Shown here in pieces: positions 10,679 to 21,396 of a stretch of 64,000 bases of DNA. The stretch's first letter is position 1. Each line of letters begins with the position of its first letter. Location: assembly GCA_963751275.1 (NCBI GenBank), contig CAVVTZ010000009.1, positions 224,001 through 288,000 on the forward strand, read 5' to 3'. Position numbers and translations under genes: made by a program. The notes under the pieces were generated by a model that was given only the letters and a program-made list of their open reading frames with translations, had not been told where the DNA came from and did not search any database. This DNA is from an uncultured Gemmatimonadaceae bacterium (lineage in GTDB: Bacteria; Gemmatimonadota; Gemmatimonadetes; Gemmatimonadales; Gemmatimonadaceae).

Positions 10679-11167
10679 ATGCATCTGCATCCGATCGTTG
10701 GCGCCGCGCTCCTTCTTGCCGCGGCCTGCGCACCCGCGGCGCCGTCCAAGCCCGGGCTCCCGCCGGTCACGAAGGAGGACGGCGATCGCGTCGCCCGGGA
10801 GATGGCCGCCGACGGCTCCCGCCTCGACGTACCCGCGCTCGTGAAGTTCATACCGCGAACGGACCGCATTGTGTATGTGAGCGACACGAACCCGATCAGC
10901 GGCAACGCCTACGCCAAGGAGATCGGCGACTTCTACAAGACGCTGAGCAAGCTCGACTACCACTGGGACAGCCTGCAATCACTCCCGATCAGCGACAACG
11001 CCGTGATCGTGACGGGCTGGGCGAGCATCACGACGGTCCCGCTCAAGGGAAGAACGGAATCGGTGCGCGCGATCGTGACCAGCGTCTACGTTCGCGATTC
11101 CACCGGCTGGAAGCGCGTGATCTCGCACAAGACCACCATCCCGCCGCCGAAGGCCGGTGGGAAGTAG
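10679..11167 (+). CDS. NTF2-like lipoprotein
   Basis: Lipobox LAAAC; C-terminal VYVRDSTGWKRVISH. Confidence 0.75.
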   Translation: MHLHPIVGAALLLAAACAPAAPSKPGLPPVTKEDGDRVAREMAADGSRLDVPALVKFIPRTDRIVYVSDTNPISGNAYAKEIGDFYKTLSKLDYHWDSLQSLPISDNAVIVTGWASITTVPLKGRTESVRAIVTSVYVRDSTGWKRVISHKTTIPPPKAGGK

Positions 11168-11180
11168 GAAAGTCGAACCA

Positions 11181-11385
11181 CAACAGCTTGTACGCGGATC
11201 GCGCGGAGTCCGCGGATGACGCGGAACGCTCCCGGTGGCGGATCGGCGCATCGAGCGATCGCAAGCGATCGTATTTGTTGTTAACAACAAATTCAGGTCG
11301 TCGCCGCGACTCGTCGGCCGCGGATCGCCGCGCGGAGCACTCCGCGTGTTCGGAGGATTCCGCGTGGTCCGCGTACAAGCCGTTG
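11181..11385. repeat. Imperfect long hairpin with CGCGGA 9-mer arms and central AT-rich palindrome
   Basis: GCTTGTACGCGGA...TCCGCGTACAAGC; perfect ATTTGTTGTTAACAACAAAT at 11273-11292. Confidence 0.9.
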
Positions 11386-11430
11386 CTGTTAATGTTTGTG
11401 TAGCGGCGCCATGAGCCTGAGCACTCGACG

Positions 11431-12234
11431 ATGAGTTTCCTCTCCAATATCGGCCACGAGTTCCTCAAGAAGTTCGCCGACCAGTTCCAGGTGCGGTTGC
11501 CCACGGAGCCGATTCCGGCGTCGTGGCCGGCGATCGTCGCGAAGAACGTGCCGCTCAGCCGCGCGCTCGGCGACGCGGAGCGCGAGCGGCTGCTGCGGAT
11601 CGCGCAACTGTTGATTCGCGAGGTGCCCTTCGAAGGGTGCAAGGGGCTCGAGATCACCGAGGAGATCCGGGTCACGATCGCCGCGACCGCCGCGATGCTG
11701 TTGGTGCGGCGGTCGTTCCCCAAATTCCTGCGCCTCGAGCGCATCCTCGTATACCCCGATTCGTTCGTGGCGCTGCGCGTGCGCGATCATCGGAGCCTCG
11801 ACGTCGTGCGGGAGGAGCATGGGCTCGAAGGCGAGGCCTGGGGCGACGGCATCGTGGTCATCGCGTGGGGCGATGTGGTCGCGGCCGCGTCGCCCACACC
11901 GCCGCACGGCAACGTCGCGCTCCACGAGTTCGCACACCTCCTCGATTTCGAAGACGGCTCGGCGGACGGCACGCCGCTCCTCGAGAGTGCGGGCGCGCGC
12001 TCGAGATGGCGCGCCATATTCCAGCGCGAGTTCGAGCAGCTCGAGAAGGACATCGAGGCCGACCGGCCCGCGACGCTGAATGACTACGCGGCCACGAACC
12101 TCGCCGAGTTCTTCGCGGTCGCCACCGAGACCTACTTCCTCGAGCCGGACCGCCTGCGCGCGGGACGCCCCGATCTCTTCACCCAGCTCGATCGCTTCTA
12201 CCGGCCCGGCGCTGGCAATGCGTTCCCGGGGTAG
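11431..12234 (+). CDS. mtfA: M90 family zinc peptidase (MtfA-like)
   Basis: NVALHEFAHLLD, YAATNLAEFFAVATE and ILVYP motifs. Confidence 0.85.
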   Translation: MSFLSNIGHEFLKKFADQFQVRLPTEPIPASWPAIVAKNVPLSRALGDAERERLLRIAQLLIREVPFEGCKGLEITEEIRVTIAATAAMLLVRRSFPKFLRLERILVYPDSFVALRVRDHRSLDVVREEHGLEGEAWGDGIVVIAWGDVVAAASPTPPHGNVALHEFAHLLDFEDGSADGTPLLESAGARSRWRAIFQREFEQLEKDIEADRPATLNDYAATNLAEFFAVATETYFLEPDRLRAGRPDLFTQLDRFYRPGAGNAFPG

Positions 12235-12278
12235 CTATGGTAAGCATGCAGCGCATCCCTCGCACTTCGGAGGATCCC

Positions 12279-12890
12279 ATGTCGAATACCATACGCCAGA
12301 CGCGCCTCTTCGCCCTGGCCGGCGTGATCACTTTCGCCGCGGCAGCCGCCGCGGCGCAGGCGGCGCCAGCGTCGACGGCGCCGACGCCGCACACCGTCAC
12401 GTGCGGCGATGGCACCACTGATAACTCGGCCGTCAAGTCTCCCTGCAGCGGGCACGGCGGCGTGAAGAAGAATGCGCAGCCGAAGCCGGCTCACGTCCCA
12501 TCGACGGCGGCTGCCAGCGCCGCGGCCGCGGCACCACCGACGAAGATCATGACGCCGACGAAGGTCTATGATCCGGCCGCCGGCGGCGTCGGCAATACGG
12601 CGGTGGAAAAGGAAGGCCAGATGAACAAGGCCGCCGGCGGCATCGGCAATACGACGGTGCAGAAGGAGGGGCAGATGAATAAAACGGCCGGCGGCGTCGG
12701 CACGACTGAAGTCGTCAAGATGAATTCTGCGGCCGCCGGCGGCGTCGGCCAGACGCAGGTCATTAAGGGGGACGCCTCCGTGAAGTGCAAGGACGGCACC
12801 TACTCCGCGAAGGCGGCGCACGCCAAGGACCAATGCGTGAACCATGGCGGCGTATCGATGACCGGCGGCACCAAGACGACGCCCCCCTGA
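12279..12890 (+). CDS. Secreted protein with two CxDGT...CxxHGGV (DUF3761-like) motifs and internal repeats
   Basis: GGAGG RBS, signal peptide, TCGDGT..CSGHGGV and KCKDGTYS..CVNHGGV flanking four AGG(V/I)G repeats. Confidence 0.75.
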   Translation: MSNTIRQTRLFALAGVITFAAAAAAAQAAPASTAPTPHTVTCGDGTTDNSAVKSPCSGHGGVKKNAQPKPAHVPSTAAASAAAAAPPTKIMTPTKVYDPAAGGVGNTAVEKEGQMNKAAGGIGNTTVQKEGQMNKTAGGVGTTEVVKMNSAAAGGVGQTQVIKGDASVKCKDGTYSAKAAHAKDQCVNHGGVSMTGGTKTTPP

Positions 12891-13423
12891 CCTCCTTCCG
12901 CATCCGCCGTGGCACCGTTGCCGATGCCGCGGCGCTCGCGGCCTTCGCCGCGCGCACCTTCGCCGAGACGTTCGGCCCCGACAATGATCCGGCCGATCTG
13001 GCCGCGCATCTCGCCGAGTCGTACGGCGTGCCGCAGCAGTCGAAGGAGCTCGCCGATCCCACACAGGTCTTCCTGGTCGCCGAGCACGACGGCGCGATCG
13101 CCGGCTTCGCGCAATTGCGCACCAAGCCGCCGCCGCCCTGCGTCACCGGCGAGGCGCCGGTGGAGATCGCGCGTTTCTACGTGGACCGTCCTCACCACGG
13201 CACCGGACTCGCGCAGCAACTGATGGCCGCCACGCGCGCGACCGCCGTCGATATGGGCGGCCGCACGCTCTGGCTCGGTGTGTGGGAGCGCAACCCGCGC
13301 GCCATCGCGTACTACGCCAAGAGCGGCTTGCGTGACGTCGGTTCGGCTGATTTCTTCGTCGGGCCGGACCGGCAGACGGATCGCATCATGGCCGGCCCGC
13401 TCGATCCCCCCACACGAGGATGA
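12887..13423 (+). CDS. GNAT N-acetyltransferase (PaiA-like)
   Basis: EIARFYV, HGTGLAQQLM, LWLGVWERNPRAIAYY; homology begins at a CTG overlapping the upstream stop. Confidence 0.85.
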   Translation: MTSFRIRRGTVADAAALAAFAARTFAETFGPDNDPADLAAHLAESYGVPQQSKELADPTQVFLVAEHDGAIAGFAQLRTKPPPPCVTGEAPVEIARFYVDRPHHGTGLAQQLMAATRATAVDMGGRTLWLGVWERNPRAIAYYAKSGLRDVGSADFFVGPDRQTDRIMAGPLDPPTRG

Positions 13424-13424
13424 C

Positions 13425-13835
13425 ATGAAGGCCACGCTGCTGTATCGCATCGCGTCGGTCGCGCTCGTGCTGTTCTGCGCCGGCCACACCTTCGGCTTCC
13501 CGCGCTTCAAGCCGCCGACCGCCGAGGGGATCGCCGTGCGCGACAGCATGAAGAGCGTGATGATGCAGGTGGGCGGCAAGCAGTACAGTTACGCGGGCTT
13601 CTACTACGGATTCGGTTACTACATCACCGCGTACCTTCTCTTTTCAGCGCTCCTCGCGTGGCAATTCGGCACCCTCGCCGCGAGCGATCCGCAGGCGATC
13701 GGCATACTCGGCTGGGCCTTCGCTGCGCTGCAGGGTGCGGGACTCGTGCTCAGTTGGCTGTACTTCTTTCCGATAACGGCCGCGTTCTCCGCCGTCGTAT
13801 TCGTGCTAACCGCATGGGCGGCCTTCCTGTTGTAG
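13425..13835 (+). CDS. Four-TM membrane protein
   Basis: GAGGA RBS; hydrophobic helices. Confidence 0.7.
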   Translation: MKATLLYRIASVALVLFCAGHTFGFPRFKPPTAEGIAVRDSMKSVMMQVGGKQYSYAGFYYGFGYYITAYLLFSALLAWQFGTLAASDPQAIGILGWAFAALQGAGLVLSWLYFFPITAAFSAVVFVLTAWAAFLL

Positions 13836-13840
13836 CGACC

Positions 13841-13928
13841 ATCGTGTTGATCATGTTCATCCTGTCCAAAGCAGTCACGACAGACGAACGGCAAGAACAT
13901 TTGACAGGATGAACATGATGGACATGAT
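13841..13928. repeat. Family B arms in outward (end-to-end) orientation
   Basis: ATCATGTTCATCCTGTC...GACAGGATGAACATGAT. Confidence 0.85.
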
Positions 13929-13982
13929 CGAGCCGTACTGCACGCTCCTGGCAGGATCATCTCTCTATATGGAGTTGGCACC

Positions 13983-16900
13983 ATGAAGCCGTTCGCACCG
14001 ACTATGCGCCATCCGGTGATCACGATATACGCTTCGTTCATCATATTGTGCCTCGCCGCCGCGCCGATCGCGGCGCAAACGAAGCTCCTCAGATTCCCCG
14101 ACGTCCACGGCGACAAAGTCGTCTTCACGTACGCGGGCGATCTGTGGACCGCTTCGACGTCCGGCGGCACCGCAACGCGGCTCACCGCACATCCCGGCCT
14201 CGAACTCTTCGCGAAATTCTCGCCCGACGGGAAATGGATCGCCTTCACCGGCCAGTACGACGGCGACGAGCAGGTGTACGTGATCCCCGCCGGCGGCGGC
14301 GTGCCCAAGCAGCTCACCTTCTACCCCGCGCACGGCCCGCTCACGCGAGCGCTGGGGCTACGACAACCAGGTGTATGGCTGGACGCCCGACGGCAAGCGC
14401 ATCGTCTATCGCAGTCCTGCGCGCCAGCTGGACGCTCGGCACGAACCGCCTGTTCACCGTGCCCGCCGAGGGCGGCGCCTCGGTGCCGCTCCCGATGCCG
14501 ATGGCCGGCTCCGGTTCGATACTCGCCCGACGGCAAGCAGATGGTCTACTCGCCGCTCTTCCGCGATTTCCGCTCGGAGAAGCGCTACGGCGGCGGGCAG
14601 GCGAACCGTCTCTGGATCTTCGATTTCGCGACGAATACGGCGAAGCCGATCACCGAGGGTCCGCGCGCCGAGCGCGATCGAGATGTGGATCGGCAACACG
14701 ATCTACTACAACACCGACAAGACGGGCACGTTCAACATCTGGTCGTACGACGTGGCCAGCGGCGCACGCAAGCAGATCACGCAGAGCACGAAGTGGGATA
14801 CGCGCTGGCCGAGCCGCGGCGACGAGGGCCGGATCATCTACGAGAGCGCGGGCGAGCTGCAGCTGCTCGACACGAAGACGGGGAAGTCCACGCCGATTTC
14901 GATCACCGTGCCTGACGATGGCCTTGCCTCGCGTCCTTCGCACATCTCGGCGGCGAACAATGTCGAGTGGTACGCGCTGAGTCCCAAGGGCGAGCGCGCG
15001 GTGTTCGCGGCGCGCGGCGACATCTTCACCGTGCCCGCGGAGAAGGGCCCGACGCGCAATCTCACGAACTCGTCGAACGCGCACGACCGCGACGCGCGCT
15101 GGTCGCCGAACGGGAAGGAGATCGCGTTCATTTCGGATCAATCGGGCGAGGAGCAGATCTGGGTGGTGGCACAGGACGGCAGCAGCAAGCCGCAGCAGCT
15201 CACCACCACGCTCAAGGCGCGGCTCTCCGCGCCGGGTTGGTCGGCGGATGGCAAGAGCCTCGCCCTCGGCGACATCTACGGCCGCGTGTACGTGCTCGAC
15301 CGCGCCAGTAAGAAGCTCACCGAGATCGCCCACGATCCGCGGAACCCGGTCACCGACTACGTCTGGTCGCCGCGCGGGAATTTCCTCGCGTTCACGCTCA
15401 CGGGGATGGATGGCGAGCAGTCGGTGTACGTGTGGGGCGCGGGCGACGGCAAAGTGCACGCGGTCACGGGCCATCCCTTCAGCGAGTACGATCCGGCGTG
15501 GGATCCGGACGGCAACTACCTCTACTTCCTGAGCGACCGCGAGTACCAGCCGCTCATCTCGAAGTTCGAGTTCAACTACGCGGTGGCGCGCACGACGGGG
15601 ATCTTCGCCGTCACGCTGCGGAAGGACGTGAAGAATCCCTTCCCGATGGAGAGCGACGAAGTCTCGACCGGCCCCGACACCGCGGCGAAGCCCGACTCCG
15701 GGAAGATGGCCAAGATGAGCAAGGACTCCTCGAACGCGCTGAACAAGACCGCCCTCACGATCGATTTCGACGGCATCGAGAACCGCGTGACGCGCGTGCC
15801 GGTGGACGCCGACAACATCGGCGGGCTCAACGCCAAGAAGGGGTCGCTCATCTATCTCGTCTACGGCAATCCGTACTACGGCCGCGAGAGCGACCGGAAG
15901 ACCGCGCTCAAGATCTTCGCCCTCAAGGACCGCAAGGAGAACATCCTCGACGACGACGTGAACGGCTACGAACTCTCGGCCGACGGGAACAAGATCCTCC
16001 TCTCGTCGAGCGGCGCGTACCAGATGATCGACGCGAGCGTGGGCGGCGGCGTCGTCCAAGAAGACCGTCTCCACCGCGGGCCTCATGGTGGACCGCGTTC
16101 CCTCGCAGGAGTACGCGCAGATCTTCAACGAGGTGTGGCGGCGCTATCGCGACTTCTTCTACGTGCAGAACATGCACGGCTACGACTGGGACGCGCTGCA
16201 CGACCAGTACGCGCCGCTCCTGAAGTACGTGCAGCACCGGTCGGATCTGAACTACGTGATCGCCGAGATGATCGCGGAGCTGAGCATCCAGCACGCATAC
16301 ATCGCGGGCGGCGACTGGCAGCGGCCGCCGCGCCCGGGCGTCGCGCTGCCGGGCGCGGTGTTCAGCGTGGATTCCGCGAGCCGGGCGCTATCGCATCGCC
16401 ACGATCTATCCCGGCCAGAACGAGGAACCGTGGTACCGTTCGCCGCTCACCGAGGTGGGCGTGGACGCGTCGGCGGGCGAGTACGTGCTCACGATCAATG
16501 GGCAGGATCTCACGGCATCCACCGACATCTACGAGATGCTCCGCTATAAGGCCGACCGACCGGTGGAGCTCACGCTCGCGAGGACGGCCAAGGGCGACGG
16601 CAGCCACACTACCAGCTACCATCCGATCCGCGCGGAGGACGATCTCGTCTACTTCACCTGGGTGCAGGGCAACCGGCATCGCGTGGACTCGGCCACCGGC
16701 GGCAGGATCGCGTACCTGCACATTCCCGACATGGGCTCCGATGGGATCCGCGAGTTCATCAAGTGGTATTATCCGCAGCTCCGGAAGGAGGGGATGATCG
16801 TCGACGTGCGTGCGAACGGCGGCGGCAACGTCTCGCAGATGCTCATCGAGCGGCTGCAGCTCACCGTGCTCGCCACGGAATTTTCGCGGACCGATTCCGG

Positions 16901-17309
16901 GACGGGGGTGTACCCGAGCGCGGCGTTCCTCGGGCCGAAGGTCGCGATCCTTGATGAACGGTCGAGCTCCGACGGCGACATCTTCCCCGCGATGTTCAAG
17001 GCGGCGAAGATCGGCCCGCTCATCGGCAAGCGGTCATGGGGCGGCGTGGTCGGCATCACCGATCACGGCCAGCTGATCGACGGCGGCAGCGTGAACGTGC
17101 CCGAGTCGGCCACCGCGAGCGCGAAGGGGCAGTGGATCATCGAAGGCCACGGCGTGGATCCGGACATCGAAGTGGAGAACGACCCCGCGTCGCTCATCGC
17201 GGGACGCGATCCGCAGCTCGAGCGCGCGATCTCGGAAGTGATGACCATGCTCAAGACCAATCCGGGCATTTTGCCGAAGCGGCCGCCGGATCGGGTGAAG
17301 ACGCATTGA
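13983..17309 (+). CDS. Tricorn-like S41 protease (frameshifted)
   Basis: [15 protein letters not shown] propellers, [29 protein letters not shown] spread over several frames. Confidence 0.9.
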
Positions 17310-17381
17310 CGTGCCGCGTGCCTCGTGCCGCGTGCCTCGCCAATCGAGGGGCGCGGCACGAGGCACGCGGCACCAGGCACG
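17310..17381. repeat. Hairpin of 7-nt units (CGTGCC(G/T) / GGCACG), immediately after the stop codon
   Basis: CGTGCCGCGTGCCTCGTGCCGCG...CGCGGCACGAGGCACGCGGCAC. Confidence 0.8.
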
Positions 17382-17461
17382 CGGAACCCCGCACGCTTTT
17401 CTTCACGATTCCTGCACACCTCGCCTCTCCCCGCGAGGCGCGAGGAGCTCCAGCTTCAAGC

Positions 17462-19156
17462 ATGGCAAGGTCCGCGCGTCGCGTCCTCTGGCTCGAGCTC
17501 CTTCTCGTCGGGGCGCTGGTGTCCGTCGCGCTCATCCTGGCCCAGACTTACCGCGCCGCCACGTCCAACCGCGGGGTCACGGAGGGAGCGCTACGCGACT
17601 ACGCCGGCTTCGCGGCGTGGAGTTATCGCGAGCACCTGATCATGCAGTTGCGCCAGGCCATCGACGAAGTGCTCGGCCCGGTGAATCACGGTGACGGCCT
17701 GCACATGGGCCTCGGTGTCCCCAATGCCTCGGACCTCGTGCACTATCTCCGCTGGGATGACAAGTGCAAGTGCCACGTTCCACGGCGCGGACCGAGCCCG
17801 CTCCACTTCTACGCCTTCGCACTCGGCAGCGACTCGCTCGCCATCGCGGTGAACCGCGCTCCGGCCGGATCCCCCGGATGGCTCATCGACCCGCCGGCCG
17901 GCCAGCCAATGCGTGAGCGCGCGCCGGACCACGCGACGGGCGACGCGGCCTGGATCAACGCGATGCTGAGCGAGACCGCGCGCCGTACGCCGCGCTCGCC
18001 CTGGGGTTACGATCTCATCGTCACACCCCATGACGGCGTGCCGCGCGTGCTCGCGTCGCGCTCCATGCCCACGGCCTGGGGCGACACGATCGTGTACGCC
18101 CTCGAGTACGATCGCGCTGCCGTCGCCGCCACGCTCGGCCGGGTGCTCTCCGAGAGCGATCTGCTCCCGCCGTCGCTCGTGACGGCGCACGCCGGCAGCG
18201 GCGCCATCGATCTCGAAGTGACGGATGTGAACGGCGATGTGCTCTTCCGCACGAACGATCGCATCGATTGGCGCCAGTCCTCCGAATCGCAGCTGCCGGC
18301 CGACTATGGCGGGCTCCGCGTGCGCGCCCAGCTCCATCCGCGTCTCGCCAGCGCGCTGCTCATCGGTGGCACGCCGAAGTCCCGCGTGCCACTCCTGTTG
18401 GTACTCCTCGCCCTGGCGGTCGGGCTCACGGTGTTCGCCGGGGTGTTGCTGCGGCGGGAAGTGCGGTTCGCCGCCGAGCGCGCCGATTTCGTCGCGAGCG
18501 TGTCGCACGAATTGCGCACGCCGCTCACGCAGGTGCGGCTCGTGCTCGACACGCTCCGTCTCGGGCGCGAAGGGGATGCGACCGCGCGCGACTCGGCGCT
18601 CGGCATCGCCGATCGCGAAGTGCTCCGGCTCCAGCACCTGGTGGAGGGTGTGCTGCGATTCACGCGAGGCCCGCGCAAGGATGGCTCGCCGCGCGTGAGC
18701 GGCGATGTGCTCGCCGAGACGCGCGTAGTGGTGCGGGAGTTCGCCCCGCTCGCCGAGCCGAAGGGCGTCACCGTGTGCGTCGAGGGGGAAGGCGTGGTGG
18801 CCGCCGCGATGCAGCAGGGGGCGCTGCGGCAGCTGCTGCTGAATCTGCTGGATAACGCGGTGAAGTACGGGTGCGACCGCGGCGTGGTGACTGTCCGCGT
18901 GACGCCGCGCGACGGCGGCGGCGCGCGCATCGCCGTGTCGGACGCCGGCCCCGGCGTACCCGCGGCGGATCGCGAGAAGATCTGGCGCGCGTTCGAACGC
19001 GGCGGCGCGGCGCGCGGGCACGCGGCGGGCGGGAGCGGCATCGGCCTCACCATCGTGCGGCAGATCGCCGAGGAGCACGGCGGGCGCGCGTGGGTGGAGG
19101 AAGCGGACGGCGGCGGCGCGCGCTTCGTCGTCGAGATCGGCGCGGTGGCGGGCTGA
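17462..19156 (+). CDS. Sensor histidine kinase
   Basis: Two TM segments, SHELRTPL H-box, NLLDNAVKY, DAGPG, GSGIGL. Confidence 0.95.
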   Translation: MARSARRVLWLELLLVGALVSVALILAQTYRAATSNRGVTEGALRDYAGFAAWSYREHLIMQLRQAIDEVLGPVNHGDGLHMGLGVPNASDLVHYLRWDDKCKCHVPRRGPSPLHFYAFALGSDSLAIAVNRAPAGSPGWLIDPPAGQPMRERAPDHATGDAAWINAMLSETARRTPRSPWGYDLIVTPHDGVPRVLASRSMPTAWGDTIVYALEYDRAAVAATLGRVLSESDLLPPSLVTAHAGSGAIDLEVTDVNGDVLFRTNDRIDWRQSSESQLPADYGGLRVRAQLHPRLASALLIGGTPKSRVPLLLVLLALAVGLTVFAGVLLRREVRFAAERADFVASVSHELRTPLTQVRLVLDTLRLGREGDATARDSALGIADREVLRLQHLVEGVLRFTRGPRKDGSPRVSGDVLAETRVVVREFAPLAEPKGVTVCVEGEGVVAAAMQQGALRQLLLNLLDNAVKYGCDRGVVTVRVTPRDGGGARIAVSDAGPGVPAADREKIWRAFERGGAARGHAAGGSGIGLTIVRQIAEEHGGRAWVEEADGGGARFVVEIGAVAG

Positions 19157-19842
19157 TGCCGCGCGTGCTCGTGGTGGAGGACCAGCGCGATCTCGCGAAC
19201 CTCCTCGCGCACAACCTCAAGATCGAAGGGCTCGACGTGCGCACCGTGGAGGACGGCCGCGAGGTCATGCCGCTCGCGCGCGCGTGGCTGCCGGATCTCG
19301 TGATCCTCGACCTCATGCTCCCCGGCATGGATGGCTACGAGGTACTGCGCGCCCTGCGCGCCGTGTGGGCCGACCTGCCCGTGCTCATCCTCTCGGCGCG
19401 CGGCGAGGAGCAGGATAAGATCCGCGGATTCCGGCTGGATGCGGATCAATACGTCACCAAGCCGTTCAGTCTGCTGGAGCTGCTCGAGCGCGTGCACGCG
19501 CTGCTGCGGCGCGCCTCGCGCGAAGCGGGCGAGCCCGCCGCCGGCCTGCTGACCTTCGGCGAGGTGACCGTCGATCCATCCTCCCGCACGGTGACCCGCG
19601 CGGGCGAAACGGTGACCCTGCCGCCCAAGGCGTTCGACCTGCTCCTCTCGCTCATCCGCCGCGACGGTAAGGTCGCGACGCGGGTCGAACTGCTGCGCGA
19701 GGTCTGGGGCTACGGCCCGCTCGTGCTCTCGCGCACGGTGGACTCGCACATCGTGGAGCTGCGCCGCAAGCTCGAGGCCGATCCGGCCAATCCGCGCCAT
19801 CTCGTGACCGTCTTCAGAATGGGCTATCGCTTCGAGCGCTGA
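19156..19842 (+). CDS. OmpR-family response regulator
   Basis: VLVVED, DLMLPGMDG, KPF, winged-helix RTVDSHI. Confidence 0.95.
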   Translation: MPRVLVVEDQRDLANLLAHNLKIEGLDVRTVEDGREVMPLARAWLPDLVILDLMLPGMDGYEVLRALRAVWADLPVLILSARGEEQDKIRGFRLDADQYVTKPFSLLELLERVHALLRRASREAGEPAAGLLTFGEVTVDPSSRTVTRAGETVTLPPKAFDLLLSLIRRDGKVATRVELLREVWGYGPLVLSRTVDSHIVELRRKLEADPANPRHLVTVFRMGYRFER

Positions 19843-19993
19843 CCCCGCGCGCATCACAACTCCTGAACAACTCGCGCACCGGAACGCCACCACTGAGCGG
19901 CGACCTCCCGCCATCGTACGCGCAGTCTCGAGGCACAAGGCACCCGGCACGAGGCACCGACCCTCAATGGAGGCCCCATGCACACGATCAGAG

Positions 19994-20878
19994 ATGATCA
20001 TCGCCGGTCTGTTGTTGCTGATGTTCGGCGATCCGAATCCGAAGCTCCTCATCACGCCCGCCGAACTCAAGGCGCGGCTGGCCGATCCCAAGCTCGTGAT
20101 CCTGCAAGTGGGGCCGCTCGAGGATTACGAGGCCGGCCACATCCCCGGCGCGCGGCGCGTCGCGATGGAGGACCTCAATATCGAGCACACGAGCACCGGC
20201 GTGATGCTCGAGCTGCCGGACACCGCCGTCCTGCGCAAACGTCTCGAGAGACTCGGCATTTCGAACGACAGCTGGATCGTCGTGGCCGGCGGGGCCGACT
20301 GGGTGTCACCCGCGACCCGCGTCGTCTTCACGCTCGAGGCGGCCGGCCTCGGCGCCCGCACGCAGCTGCTCGATGGCGGCGCGAGAGGCTGGCAGCGCGC
20401 TGGCTTCGCCCTCACCCCGGACGATCCGCCGGCCGCCAAGCACGGCACGCTCACGCTCCCGCCGGACCGCTGGGTGGTCGTGGATCACTCATGGATCCAG
20501 GCGCACCTCTCCGATCCGCACATCCGCATCATCGACGCCCGCGCGCCCGTCTTCTACGAGGGAGTGGGCATGCCGGAGCACGGCACGCCCGGCGGCCACA
20601 TCGCGGGCGCGAAGAACATCCCCTTCAACACGCTCACGAACGATTCGCTCCTCGTGCTGCCGCTCGATTCCCTCCGGAAGATGTTCGCCGCGGCGGGCGT
20701 GAAGCAGGGCGACACGGTGGCCGCGTATTGCCATATCGGGCAGCAGGGCACGGTCGTGATCTTCGCCGCGCGGCTGCTGGGCATTCCCGCGCGCCTCTAC
20801 GACGGATCGATGACGGAATGGCAGTCGCTCAAGCTGCCGCTCGAGAACGCGAACCCGAACGCGAAGCCCGCGCAGTGA
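19994..20878 (+). CDS. Tandem-rhodanese sulfurtransferase, probably exported
   Basis: GHIPGA and GHIAGA, active-site YCHIGQQG, LYDGSMTEW; hydrophobic N-terminus. Confidence 0.9.
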   Translation: MIIAGLLLLMFGDPNPKLLITPAELKARLADPKLVILQVGPLEDYEAGHIPGARRVAMEDLNIEHTSTGVMLELPDTAVLRKRLERLGISNDSWIVVAGGADWVSPATRVVFTLEAAGLGARTQLLDGGARGWQRAGFALTPDDPPAAKHGTLTLPPDRWVVVDHSWIQAHLSDPHIRIIDARAPVFYEGVGMPEHGTPGGHIAGAKNIPFNTLTNDSLLVLPLDSLRKMFAAAGVKQGDTVAAYCHIGQQGTVVIFAARLLGIPARLYDGSMTEWQSLKLPLENANPNAKPAQ

Positions 20879-21396
20879 ACCGGAGCGCGCCGAGCCCGTA
20901 CGCCGATGCCGGATGGAGTGGCATCGCGCTCGGCGCGCTCCTCGCGTTCTCGTTCATCGTCGCGGGGCGGGGACTCGGCGCCTCCGGCGCGTTCGCCGCC
21001 GCGGCGGGGGACGCGCTCGGTCGCATCGCGCCGGCGGCGACGGCGGCCGACCCGGCGCTCGCCGATCGCATCCCGATCGGCGTGCCCCTGCTCGGCGACT
21101 GGATCGTACTCCAGATCATCGGCGTCTTCGCGGGCGGTGGGCTCTCCGCGTGGCTCGCCGGCCGCTGGCACCTCTCATCTGCGCCGCTCTCGCCCACGCG
21201 CATCGCGCGCGCGGGGATCGGCGGCGCGCTGATGGGAGTCGGCGCGCGGCTCGCCTATGGCTGCACGAGCGGCCTGGCGCTCTCGGGCGGCGCGCTCCTC
21301 TCCACCGGCGCGTGGATCTTCATCCCGCTGGCCTTCGGCACCGCAATGATCGTCACGCTGGTCGCGCGCGGGCGGCGCGAAACCCCGGTGCCATGA
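20875..21396 (+). CDS. YeeE/YedE family sulfur-compound transporter
   Basis: GRGLGASG and GARLAYGCTSG motifs. Confidence 0.85.
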   Translation: MNRSAPSPYADAGWSGIALGALLAFSFIVAGRGLGASGAFAAAAGDALGRIAPAATAADPALADRIPIGVPLLGDWIVLQIIGVFAGGGLSAWLAGRWHLSSAPLSPTRIARAGIGGALMGVGARLAYGCTSGLALSGGALLSTGAWIFIPLAFGTAMIVTLVARGRRETPVP

